Part shown: piece by piece, positions 48,127-57,438 of the stretch
Layout of the letters: each line of letters opens with the position of its first letter
How positions within the stretch are numbered: the stretch's first letter is position 1
IMG/VR virus record: IMGVR_UViG_3300028394_000045
Location: 1-64,000 of that record
Strand: one strand, 5' to 3'
DNA: 64,000 nt
Source of the DNA: a virus
Program-made: the position numbers and the translations under genes
Notes under the pieces: model-generated
What the model saw: the letters and a program-made list of their open reading frames with translations, nothing else
Database searches by the model: none
Told to the model about the DNA's origin: nothing

Positions 48127-51100
48127 TTATAGTCGGCCTACTACCACGTGGATTGTGCCCGAGTCGCCTGAAAAATCTTCTAATGATTTGCCAATCACAG
48201 TGCCAATAGAGGGTGTTGCACAGGCTTGAGCATGACCGTTGCCCGCAGAAATCATCATGGCACCTTTCCAAACTGTGCCAGTGACTCGGGTAGGTACTCT
48301 TCCGGTCAGGGCCACTGCCACCACATGTTCGCCTGTTTGTGTGGAGTTCATTAGATGTGCCGGATCAGTTGATACCACACCGGCCACTCGATCGCTGGCT
48401 GATGTGGTGCTAATGGTGATTTCTTGTGTGCCGCCAAAATCCACCACAGTGCCTGGCGCATAGTCGGCATCGCTTGCATACATCTCAGCCAAGTCGGCGT
48501 ATTGTGCTGTGGTTGCCTTGGCAAATACTGTGTTGAATGTGCCAGCAGCCGAGCCAATATTACCGGTACCGGTTGTGGCAGCATTGGTAATTGCTGTAGT
48601 GCCGTTGTTGATCGTCAAGCCAGTCAATGTGCCCACGCTGGTGATGTTGGTCTGTGCAGCAGTGGTCAATGTGCCCACAATGCTGGTGCCAGAAAGATTA
48701 CCGCCAATGATGTTACCTGTGATACTGAGCCCACTGGAACCACCTTGATACCCGGCAGCACTGATGTTTCCTGTTAATACTGTTCCTGCTGCACTCACGG
48801 TACCAGTTATACTAACTGTGGTACCGGTGTGTGTAGTAGCACTGATATTACCACCGGTGATGTTGCCGGTCACTGCCAAACTACCCAATGTGCCTACTGA
48901 AGTGATATTGGTTTGTGCTGCTGTGGTCAATGTGCCCACGATGCTAGTACCAGAAAGATTACCACCCGTGATGTTGCCCGAAACATATGCTGTACCTGTC
49001 ACGCCCAGTGTGGTGGTCGGAGCGGTGTTTCCAATCCCCACATTGCCGCTGGAGGTGATACGCATGCGTTCTGTAGTATTAGTATACCAGATATGGCTAT
49101 AGTCGGCGCTTATAACATATTGCTCACCACCACTACCATTATACAAGCTAAATGCACGACTAGATCCTGCATTAGAAAATATGTACGTACCCTGCGTAGA
49201 GTTATAACCAAGTACACCAGCAGAATCTACAGCAGTCGATGTAGTGGCTATGAAACGTGTTGCAGTCACCGTGCCCGATACTGACAAGCTGCCTAGCGTG
49301 CCCACACTGGTGATGTTGGTCTGTGCTGCTGTGGTCAATGTGCCCACAATACTGGTACCAGAAAGATTACCACCGGTTATGTTACCGGTAGCTGAGATCA
49401 ATCCAGTTACATATTCGCCGGTGCTGGCAAACACGGCCACATTTGATGTGCCGGCTACGCCAACTGTGATGTTGCCGCCTGCACTTACCACAGTCACATT
49501 ACTGGTACCGCTGTTGATATTGGCCACGCTGGTAATAACACCAGTCAGCAATGCGCCGTTGCCCAAGATGTAGTTGCCGGTTACGTTGCCTGTCACACTG
49601 ACTACAGTACCAGTCAAACTTACTGCATTCACAGTTCCACCACCATTTACATTGGCACCGGTGATGTTTCCTGATGTTGATAACACGCCCGGAGTTAATA
49701 AATTGCCGCCGGTTACGTTGGCACTGACTGACACTGTGGTACCTGTGTGTGTTGTGGCATTTACATTGGCACCACCTAACACATTACCACCGGTGATGTT
49801 GCCAGTTACAGAGACTGTGGTACCTGTATGTGTGGTGGCATTCACATTAGCTCCGCCCAGCACATTGCCACCTGTGATGTTGCCAGTAGCACTTACGATA
49901 CCACCTGTTAATACGTTGCCACCGGTGGCATTGCCAGTTACTGCAAGGCTACCCAATGTACCCACTGACGTAATGTTAGTTTGTGCAGCAGTGGTCAGGG
50001 TACCCACAATACTTGTGCCGCTTAGGTTGCCACCTGTGATATTACCAGTTGCTGAAACCACTCCAGCGGTGTTGATATTGGCTCCGGTCACATTGCCGGT
50101 TGCACTAGAATATCCAATTATGTTGTATCCACTTGGACTTATGTTACCAACACTGACATTGCCCACAACTATCAACACATTGGCGCCGGTGCTGGTGATG
50201 GACATGGAAGTGGTTCCATTGGCGATCGTTGTGACCGATACGTTGGCAGCGGCAGTCACATTGCTGAGATATCCGCCGTCACCTACAAAATATGCACTGG
50301 TCACAATATTTCCGGCGCCGCTTATCAGTCCCGATCCAAACAAGATATTGCCGCCGGTGATGTTTCCAGTAGCACTAAATGTTGTTCCTGTGTGAGTTGT
50401 GGCAGCTATGTTGCCGCTGGTGATATTGCCAGTCACACTCACCGTGGTACCTGTAAGGGTAGTAGCATTCACATTAGCGCCACCTGAAATATTGCCGCCG
50501 GTGATGTTGCCAGTTGCAGATACCTGGCCGGCTGTTAATACATTGCCACCGGCGATATTGGCACTCACACTCACGGTGGTACCTGTGAGAGTTGTAGCAT
50601 TGACATTGGCTCCGCCTAATACGTTGCCACCTGTAATATTGCCAGTAACTGATACCGTGGTTCCGGATAACAATGTGGCATTCACGTTGGCACCACCATT
50701 AACATTGCCGCCTGTTATGTTGCCGGTTACACTTAGATTGGTGCCTGTGAGATTGATCGCATTCACATTGGCACCACCTAACACATTACCACCAGTGATG
50801 TTGCCAGTTACTGACACAGTGGTGCCTGTGTGTGTGGTAGCATTAACATTGGCACCGCCTAACACATTGCCTGCTGTGATGTTGCCTGTGGCACTGACTG
50901 AGCCGGTTGTTCTTAAGTTACCTGCTTGCACATCTGAGTTGGCTATGAGGTAAGCACCGGTGATGTTGCCTACTGAATTTATTGATACAGTAGAAAGTAA
51001 ATTTCCAGTTGTGACGTTACCAACTACACTCAATCCACTAGCACTGGAAAAGGTAGCCACTGCTGTGGGAGTTATAGCACCTGAGGCTGTGGTGAATATT

Positions 51101-52095
51101 TGTACATTGGTAGCACGACTGGTATCGGTAAATGCCTCTGCGGCCGTGACATCTAATCTCCCAGTTGATGCATTACCAAACTGCAAAGTACCACTGCTAA
51201 ATCCACGTGCTGTAAATTGAGCCAGTGTGTCACCTGATTGTGTTCCAGTAGGAGTGGCGCCTGTACCGCCAGCTGATCGTCCGGTAAATGCACTATACGA
51301 TCCTGTACCAAATGCATCTTGAACGATCCTGGTGTTGGCCGTATCTGCACCTGAAATATGCAAATCGGTTCCCAATGTTGTGCTGTTGCCTGTTATAGAA
51401 TATACCACAGTCTGTGGAGTTGCCAGTATGGTCAATTCGCAATCTGGCGTGTTTGTTCCTACTGCTAAATTAGCACCAGTAATATTGCCAGTTGCTGAGA
51501 TTATACCACCAGTACGTATGTTACCACCTTGGATGTTGCCGGTCACAGTGGCGATACCACCAGTAACCAGATTGCCACCGGTGACATTAGCTGTTGCAGA
51601 AATTAATCCACCAGTGACTAAATTGCCACCAGTTACGTTTGCACTTACCGAGACTGTGGTACCTGTAAGGGTAGTAGCATTTACATTAGCACCGCCTAAT
51701 ACATTACCTCCGGTGATATTGCCAGTAGCCGAAATCAATCCTGCTGTTCTTAGATTTCCACCTTGAATGTTACCAGTAGCACTCACTGTGCTGGCCGTAC
51801 TCACTGCACCAGTGATGTTGGCAGTACCTGTGATATTAGCCCCGGTTGAAGTGAATACTGCTACGTTTGCAGTACCACCTACACTGATATTTGCATTGCC
51901 GCTGGGAGAAGGAATACCAAGGTTAGTAGTACCGCTGTTCAATGCAGTGGCAGAAAGATTACCGGTCAGCGTGGTGGTACCCGATACCGTAAGATTTCCG
52001 GTTACGGTCACTGTACCACCTTGCAGGGTAATAACATCCGATGCTGTAACAGTTTGTATGGTAAGATTACCGAGCACACGCTTGAAAGTAGACAT
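48127..52095 (-). CDS. second repeat-rich fibre protein (1322 aa)
   Basis: same repeat units and the same C-terminal ADLAEMY...VVVGRL domain; ERMRITSSGNVGIG fibre motif; TATAAATA at 52113-52120. Confidence 0.8.
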   Translation of the reverse strand: MSTFKRVLGNLTIQTVTASDVITLQGGTVTVTGNLTVSGTTTLTGNLSATALNSGTTNLGIPSPSGNANISVGGTANVAVFTSTGANITGTANITGAVSTASTVSATGNIQGGNLRTAGLISATGNITGGNVLGGANVNATTLTGTTVSVSANVTGGNLVTGGLISATANVTGGNLVTGGIATVTGNIQGGNIRTGGIISATGNITGANLAVGTNTPDCELTILATPQTVVYSITGNSTTLGTDLHISGADTANTRIVQDAFGTGSYSAFTGRSAGGTGATPTGTQSGDTLAQFTARGFSSGTLQFGNASTGRLDVTAAEAFTDTSRATNVQIFTTASGAITPTAVATFSSASGLSVVGNVTTGNLLSTVSINSVGNITGAYLIANSDVQAGNLRTTGSVSATGNITAGNVLGGANVNATTHTGTTVSVTGNITGGNVLGGANVNAINLTGTNLSVTGNITGGNVNGGANVNATLLSGTTVSVTGNITGGNVLGGANVNATTLTGTTVSVSANIAGGNVLTAGQVSATGNITGGNISGGANVNATTLTGTTVSVTGNITSGNIAATTHTGTTFSATGNITGGNILFGSGLISGAGNIVTSAYFVGDGGYLSNVTAAANVSVTTIANGTTSMSITSTGANVLIVVGNVSVGNISPSGYNIIGYSSATGNVTGANINTAGVVSATGNITGGNLSGTSIVGTLTTAAQTNITSVGTLGSLAVTGNATGGNVLTGGIVSATGNITGGNVLGGANVNATTHTGTTVSVTGNITGGNVLGGANVNATTHTGTTVSVSANVTGGNLLTPGVLSTSGNITGANVNGGGTVNAVSLTGTVVSVTGNVTGNYILGNGALLTGVITSVANINSGTSNVTVVSAGGNITVGVAGTSNVAVFASTGEYVTGLISATGNITGGNLSGTSIVGTLTTAAQTNITSVGTLGSLSVSGTVTATRFIATTSTAVDSAGVLGYNSTQGTYIFSNAGSSRAFSLYNGSGGEQYVISADYSHIWYTNTTERMRITSSGNVGIGNTAPTTTLGVTGTAYVSGNITGGNLSGTSIVGTLTTAAQTNITSVGTLGSLAVTGNITGGNISATTHTGTTVSITGTVSAAGTVLTGNISAAGYQGGSSGLSITGNIIGGNLSGTSIVGTLTTAAQTNITSVGTLTGLTINNGTTAITNAATTGTGNIGSAAGTFNTVFAKATTAQYADLAEMYASDADYAPGTVVDFGGTQEITISTTSASDRVAGVVSTDPAHLMNSTQTGEHVVAVALTGRVPTRVTGTVWKGAMMISAGNGHAQACATPSIGTVIGKSLEDFSGDSGTIHVVVGRL

Positions 52096-52683
52096 TCAAA
52101 GTTCCTTTGTGTTATTTATACGATTCAAAAAGTCCGCCATGGGCATGTGATGTAGATTGCCAACATTTTTGAAATCTGCTATGTCAGCAGTGGTCGGACC
52201 AACAACTCGATAAAAACTGACTTTGCGAAAATCCTTACAGAGCTTTGCAATCTGTTTGGCCCAATTGCCAGTGTAAGTGGGGTTTGCAGAACTCTTTTTA
52301 TAGAATTCTGTATCCGCATAACAGTTGTTGAACCGACCAGTTCGGGTTGGCCCCATATCAAACCCAATCATATAAACTGCTCGGTTGGCATCTGCTGCTG
52401 CTATACTCACAGCTACTGGCCCTGAACTGTAGCCAAAATATTCTTGATCGATACGTACTGCTCCAGAATCTGGCAAAGGACGGCGGGTGTACATTCTGTT
52501 TTTTTGTGCATAACCTGTTCGTTGTATGGCTTCACTGATAGGCACATCAGTACTGATCAACACTGTAGGAGTGAATTCACGATAGATCGCGTTGCATCCA
52601 TATACTGGCCCAAGCGACAGCAAGAGATCTAAGTCAATCCCTTGACGGCTCACGCCATTACCCAACACGAATGCTCTGCTCAT
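52096..52683 (-). CDS. Maf/MptE(DUF115)-like putative glycosyltransferase-related protein
   Basis: AFVLGNGVSR, YGCNAIYR, SSGPVA, VYMIGFDM pattern. Confidence 0.5.
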   Translation of the reverse strand: MSRAFVLGNGVSRQGIDLDLLLSLGPVYGCNAIYREFTPTVLISTDVPISEAIQRTGYAQKNRMYTRRPLPDSGAVRIDQEYFGYSSGPVAVSIAAADANRAVYMIGFDMGPTRTGRFNNCYADTEFYKKSSANPTYTGNWAKQIAKLCKDFRKVSFYRVVGPTTADIADFKNVGNLHHMPMADFLNRINNTKEL

Positions 52684-52715
52684 AAAAAATCCTCCCAGTA
52701 TGTAGCTGGGAGGAT
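52684..52715 (-). terminator. terminator-like hairpin whose 3' arm is the SD of the downstream gene
   Basis: ATCCTCCCAG-CTACATA-CTGGGAGGAT-TTTTT-ATG. Confidence 0.6.
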
Positions 52716-52731
52716 CCGGACACCTAACAAA

Positions 52732-53562
52732 TTAGGATGTGACGCTGGCGATTTGAGCCAATTGCAGAGTACCATTTTGCGACTGAGCGCCGCCAATAAC
52801 TTCAGCACCAGACCATGTAACCGAACCTTCATCAGTGAAGAAGTTGGTAGGATAGAAGTTTTCTGCACTTTGGACATTGACACCCAAATTGCTGTTGCTA
52901 TAGTTGCCAACGGTCATGCCATTCCAGTCACGTACCCACTTGTTGGTGATATAACTGGCATACACAGCAGCACTATCGCCTACTGAATAACTAATACTCA
53001 TGTTGCCTGCAGACGGAGTTGCTGTGTTTGACAACACACATTGACCTACAGGATATACTGTACCATTACCGGCACCTACAGCCAATGCTGTGAATATTCT
53101 ACCTACTGCTGCTGTACCACTCAAGATTGTGGACCAATCACTTGTGCCCAAGGATACGATTTGATAACTTTGACCAACAATAAGACCGCTGCTGAGTGCA
53201 TAAGTTCCGCCGGTATAGGCTACCAGGAACTTGTGCGCACCTTTTTGGCGTATGATACGTCCGGTATAGCTGCTGGCCAATGAAAAAGTGTTTGACCCAT
53301 CTGCCAATAGAATATTGACCAATGCAGCAACTTCTGGATAGGTAGCACTGGCTGTGCTGGTCACCGGCGAACCGCCAACCACACCCAGATATTCAGTGTC
53401 ATTTAGAGTTTGAACTGGGGTGTTATAAGCAGGATTTGTCAATGCACTAAACGGTGGAAAACCTGCGTCAGTTAGAATGTTTTGATTGTAGCTGGTTGTT
53501 GAACCGGAAACACTTGTGCCTGAACCAGTGTTTGTTTTTTGAATTTTAAGAGCTCTTCCCAT
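52732..53562 (-). CDS. hypothetical virion structural protein
   Basis: AAGGAG SD before ATG 53562 (MGRALK...), IIRQKGAHKFLV, S/T/G-rich; late promoter at 53653-53658. Confidence 0.6.
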   Translation of the reverse strand: MGRALKIQKTNTGSGTSVSGSTTSYNQNILTDAGFPPFSALTNPAYNTPVQTLNDTEYLGVVGGSPVTSTASATYPEVAALVNILLADGSNTFSLASSYTGRIIRQKGAHKFLVAYTGGTYALSSGLIVGQSYQIVSLGTSDWSTILSGTAAVGRIFTALAVGAGNGTVYPVGQCVLSNTATPSAGNMSISYSVGDSAAVYASYITNKWVRDWNGMTVGNYSNSNLGVNVQSAENFYPTNFFTDEGSVTWSGAEVIGGAQSQNGTLQLAQIASVTS

Positions 53563-53707
53563 TTTTTTCTCCTTAAAGAAGCCCAATGTGGGTTCTAGCC
53601 ACTACGCAGTGGTTGCTGCATAAGACGCATTATCGCGTACATAGTTGACTTATATTTAGCTGCATGTTAAAATTTGATACCGCACAGCGGATTTTATTAA
53701 ATATCTC

Positions 53708-54856
53708 ATGACATCAAACGAACTCATCGAAGCAGGCAATCAACATCGTGCCGAAGATAATCCTGCCCAAGCATTACAATGCTATGCTATGGCATTTGTA
53801 CAAGATCCAGAATCAGCGGCAGCATTCAACAACTATGGCAACGTGCAACGTGAGATGGGACACCCGGCCAGAGCCATTCCGTTCTTGCAGCACTCATTGG
53901 TGTTGGAACCCAACAATGTCACAGCACAGTTCAACTTGGCCGTGAGTTATCTGTTGATGGGCAACTATGCGCAAGGATGGCCAGCTTACGAATCAAGATG
54001 GAACTACGAACATCTGGCCGGCACAGAACCCAAGTATTCTCAACCTCGCTGGCGCGGCGAAGACCTTAGAGACAAGACCATCTTGGTGGTAGGCGAGCAA
54101 GGACATGGTGATTGCATACAGTTTGTTCGATTCTTGTACAACCTGCACATGATGGGTGCCCGGATCAAACTGCAAGTGACTGACGGATTGATTCCTGTGA
54201 TGAGCAGCAGCAGTATACTACAACAGGTCAGCAGTTATACCACTGACATGGGTGAGTTTGATTATTGGATTCCCATCATGAGCCTGCCGGGCATACTGGG
54301 CATCACTGTGGATACCATACCCAAGATACAAAGCTACCTCCATGCACAACCTGCATTGGTAAAAGACTGGCTGGATAGACTGGGACCAAAAACACGCATG
54401 CGTGTGGGCATCAGTTGGAGTGGGCGCAGAGACGCCTGGCTCAATCGTCACAAAGGCGTGCCGTTTCCTGTTATCCTGGACATGATACGTGCCAATCCTG
54501 AGTACGAGTGGATCAATCTGCAGATAGATGCCACACCGGATGAAGAACAAGCACTGGCCGATGCTGGTGTGACCAGATATCCCGGCAGCATCGTGAGCTT
54601 TGCAGAGACTGCGGCGTTGATCATGCACATGGACGTGGTCATAGGTGTTGATACTGCGGTGTCACATCTAGCCGGTGCACTGGGCCGACCAGCATGGATT
54701 ATGCTGAATGCTTATGCCACAGATTGGCGTTGGTTGTTGGACCGAGATTCCAGTCCTTGGTACGCCACAGCCAGATTGTTCCGACAGCCTGTAATGGGCG
54801 ATTGGGACAGCGTTACTAAAAAAGTATCCCAGTATCTCTCTTGGTTCAAAGTCTAG
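53708..54856 (+). CDS. TPR-repeat plus GT9-like (GT-B) glycosyltransferase
   Basis: TPR pattern AAFNNYGNV..., AQFNLA; GEQGHGDCIQFVRF, VGISWSG, DVVIGVDTAVSHLAGALG, DWRW; TAAATA 4 nt before ATG. Confidence 0.8.
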   Translation: MTSNELIEAGNQHRAEDNPAQALQCYAMAFVQDPESAAAFNNYGNVQREMGHPARAIPFLQHSLVLEPNNVTAQFNLAVSYLLMGNYAQGWPAYESRWNYEHLAGTEPKYSQPRWRGEDLRDKTILVVGEQGHGDCIQFVRFLYNLHMMGARIKLQVTDGLIPVMSSSSILQQVSSYTTDMGEFDYWIPIMSLPGILGITVDTIPKIQSYLHAQPALVKDWLDRLGPKTRMRVGISWSGRRDAWLNRHKGVPFPVILDMIRANPEYEWINLQIDATPDEEQALADAGVTRYPGSIVSFAETAALIMHMDVVIGVDTAVSHLAGALGRPAWIMLNAYATDWRWLLDRDSSPWYATARLFRQPVMGDWDSVTKKVSQYLSWFKV

Positions 54857-56102
54857 CCAGATATACCAGGCGGTTCAGTGCCGCGGTTGATTCGTCTACT
54901 TTGTTTTTTCTCGCTTGTTGTATAATATCCTGTATTTCGGCGTCAGTAGCGACTGCTGAATCACTGGCAGGAGCAGCAGGTGTTTTTTCAGCTGCTGGAG
55001 CCGGTGTCTCGGTAGAAGCAGCCGGTGAGGGAGGAGACCAGTCAGTTGGTATTTCTTTTACTGTTGGACCTGCACGTTCTGGTGGCAACGGCTTAGGAGC
55101 CAAAACTTTTTCAGGTCCTTGCGTGACAATAGAAACTGGATTGTAGTAGTCCGGAACTGTGCCGGGTCTGATTGCATTGATTGCTGATGGTGCAGCAGCG
55201 CCTAATGCGGCAACCCCAGCAGCGGTTAGTCCTTTTTTACCCCACCATCCCCATTGCTTGGCTTGTTCCTGGGCTGCTGCCGGATTTTGGGTGGCCAGGT
55301 CCAACAATCGATCTGCCATGTCTCGTGGTAAAGTCACAGTGTCTGCTTGGGGTTCCGGAGCAGCTCGCTGACCGGAACCTTGTCCAGGGCGGCGTGGTCT
55401 AACTTGTCTACCGCCTGTGGCCGCAGGTGCTGGCGCTGGTGCATTGGCAGACATCGGCGGCTCAAAGTCAGAAGGCAATCCAGGTTCTTGTCTCTCCGCT
55501 GCTGCTGCTTTTTCAGCAGCCGCTGTTCTTTCGGCGGCTGTTCTTTCAGCTTGTGCTGCTTTTTCAGCTGCATATGCCTCAGCTTCTGCGCTGGGTTTGC
55601 CTTTATTAGGCATACCTGGATTCATATCATGTCTGGCACGAACTTCCTGGTCGGCTGCAGATGTGTCTGCTTTGGGTTTTGGTTTTGGAAGCGAACCTAT
55701 TCTAGCAGGTGGTAGATTCTGCAAATAGTCCGGTAAGGCCTGTGTCTTGCTGAGGTTAGGATCAAATCCTTGATCTCCACGACGCCTAAAGAGTGATGGC
55801 AATTCTGATCTTTGTGGTGGAACTATTCCAAGTGCTGCTTTTTCTGCGTCTGACAATCGATCACCTGAGGCTTTAATACCACCTAATTCTGTATTTGTTG
55901 CTGCTTGTGTTCTAGCGATCGCTTGATCCATTGTTTCGCCAGGTTTCATAACAATCCTGGGTTTCATTGCCGACGATGCTGCTTGCACGGTTTTGTTAAG
56001 GTATGGTTCGACATACTTAACAACTGGTTGGATTCCTTTTGTTATCCAAGGTGGAAGTGTAACTTCGTCAAGACGTCTAGGTGCAATTTCGTTTATTTTC
56101 AT
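54846..56102 (-). CDS. hypothetical Pro/Ala-rich probable internal head protein
   Basis: MKINEI...LDE start after ATAAATA (56126-56132); C-terminus VDES..LNRLVYLARL. Confidence 0.55.
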   Translation of the reverse strand: MKINEIAPRRLDEVTLPPWITKGIQPVVKYVEPYLNKTVQAASSAMKPRIVMKPGETMDQAIARTQAATNTELGGIKASGDRLSDAEKAALGIVPPQRSELPSLFRRRGDQGFDPNLSKTQALPDYLQNLPPARIGSLPKPKPKADTSAADQEVRARHDMNPGMPNKGKPSAEAEAYAAEKAAQAERTAAERTAAAEKAAAAERQEPGLPSDFEPPMSANAPAPAPAATGGRQVRPRRPGQGSGQRAAPEPQADTVTLPRDMADRLLDLATQNPAAAQEQAKQWGWWGKKGLTAAGVAALGAAAPSAINAIRPGTVPDYYNPVSIVTQGPEKVLAPKPLPPERAGPTVKEIPTDWSPPSPAASTETPAPAAEKTPAAPASDSAVATDAEIQDIIQQARKNKVDESTAALNRLVYLARL

Positions 56103-56169
56103 GGTGGTGTCCAATTGGTATGATTTATTTATTTTATCTTGTGCATAACATACCAAAACCACAGCCAAC

Positions 56170-56194
56170 AAAAAACGCCCCGAAGGGCGTTTTT
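56170..56194 (-). terminator. rho-independent terminator after the major capsid gene (C-UUCG-G loop)
   Basis: AAAAACGCCC-TTCG-GGGCGTTTTTT; symmetric A/T tracts. Confidence 0.85.
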
Positions 56195-56219
56195 GTTTTC
56201 CAAATAAATGGATTGTGGA

Positions 56220-57416
56220 TCAGCTGAACGAGAGGTTCGAAACTGCGATTTCTCCAACATAGTCGCCCGCATTGCCAAAAGACGATGCAGTATTAGTGAG
56301 CTCTATGTAACCATAACGTGTCATGAACGACACGACTGGTTCGAAGGTGCTTGGATCCAGAACAACACCGCTGCTCATCAATGGAATGTATGGGCAGTAG
56401 AATGCAGGAGCGTCAGCTTCTGAAGAACCTTTGTAACCAACCAGCACAGGTGTGGTATCGCTGGCATAGCTGTCAACGAACACACGCATAGCGCCGTTCA
56501 GTGTGCCAACAAACTTGGTGTTGGTGGGTGCTTCAAAAGTACCTTCTGTGGTACGAGCAAATGCGCTTGTGGTCGCACTTTGCAGTACGGTCAATGCAGC
56601 AGAGCTAACAACAGCGTAGTTACCAGCGCCACGACGTGTGCGTTGGGCGATCAGGTTAGCAACACGGTTGATCAACACAGCCAGAGCAGCGTGTTCGTCA
56701 CCAACGAATGTAGCAGTACCAGAAACGGTAGCTTGGTTGTATGTGAACTCAGTAGCTGCCAACGAACGCAGAGACAACAAGATCTCTTGGTCAATTTCAG
56801 CTGTAATTTCTTGTGCCAGAGCAGCCATGATTTCTGCTTCAACGTCAATACCATGCATGGCTTGTGCGTCTTGTGCAGATTCAAAAGTCCAACGAGCTTG
56901 CAACTTGCGTGTGCGAGCTTCGACGGCCTGCTTCAGGATCTGAACAGAAATCTGCTTGCCGCCAGTACCTTCCATGGTAGCTGTGGCGCCACCGGTGTAG
57001 TTGGTAGCTGTAGCAGTATTTTGTGGTACTGTGGAATACGCAGTAGCGATTGTGAATGGACTCAATGCTTCTTGGCCAGCTGTGACACTGGTTGCAGCAG
57101 CACTTGTGTCAGTCAAACTCTGGGCATAACGCACACGCAGGGTGTGGATCTGACCAACAGGACCAGTCATGGGCTGGACGCCAACCAATTCGTTAGCGAT
57201 AACGGTTGGCATCACACGACGGATAACTGGCAGAATCACACGGTTCAGTGTGGCGATGTTGCCAGAACCTGTGGAGCCTGCTGTTGCATTCTCTTTCAGG
57301 TACTTGCGAGTGTTTTCAAGGATAACACCCATGCTATTGCGCTTAGATCCGTTAAGACCTTCGAGCAGGGCTTCTTTGGTTTCGCCCCAGCGGCTCTCTA
57401 ATAGTTCTTGTGACAT
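56220..57416 (-). CDS. gp23: major capsid protein, T4 gp23-like
   Basis: PVIRRVMP, GVQPMTGPVG, RKLQARWT.E.AQD, EIDQEI, FYCPYIPL, FMTRYG. Confidence 0.96.
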   Translation of the reverse strand: MSQELLESRWGETKEALLEGLNGSKRNSMGVILENTRKYLKENATAGSTGSGNIATLNRVILPVIRRVMPTVIANELVGVQPMTGPVGQIHTLRVRYAQSLTDTSAAATSVTAGQEALSPFTIATAYSTVPQNTATATNYTGGATATMEGTGGKQISVQILKQAVEARTRKLQARWTFESAQDAQAMHGIDVEAEIMAALAQEITAEIDQEILLSLRSLAATEFTYNQATVSGTATFVGDEHAALAVLINRVANLIAQRTRRGAGNYAVVSSAALTVLQSATTSAFARTTEGTFEAPTNTKFVGTLNGAMRVFVDSYASDTTPVLVGYKGSSEADAPAFYCPYIPLMSSGVVLDPSTFEPVVSFMTRYGYIELTNTASSFGNAGDYVGEIAVSNLSFS

Positions 57417-57438
57417 TTAAGTCTCCTTTATTAAATGA

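Noticed and set aside
40680-52150. Many long plus-strand ORFs (LPPVMLPV... repeats) antisense to the fibre genes
   Set aside because: Shadow frames: the G/N/T/V/A codon repeats give few antisense stops; no promoters, SDs or independent motifs
56580-57401. 273-aa plus-strand ORF overlapping the major capsid gene (similar cases over uvsX, portal and 59180-59986)
   Set aside because: Antisense to strongly codon-biased conserved genes; no recognisable protein features
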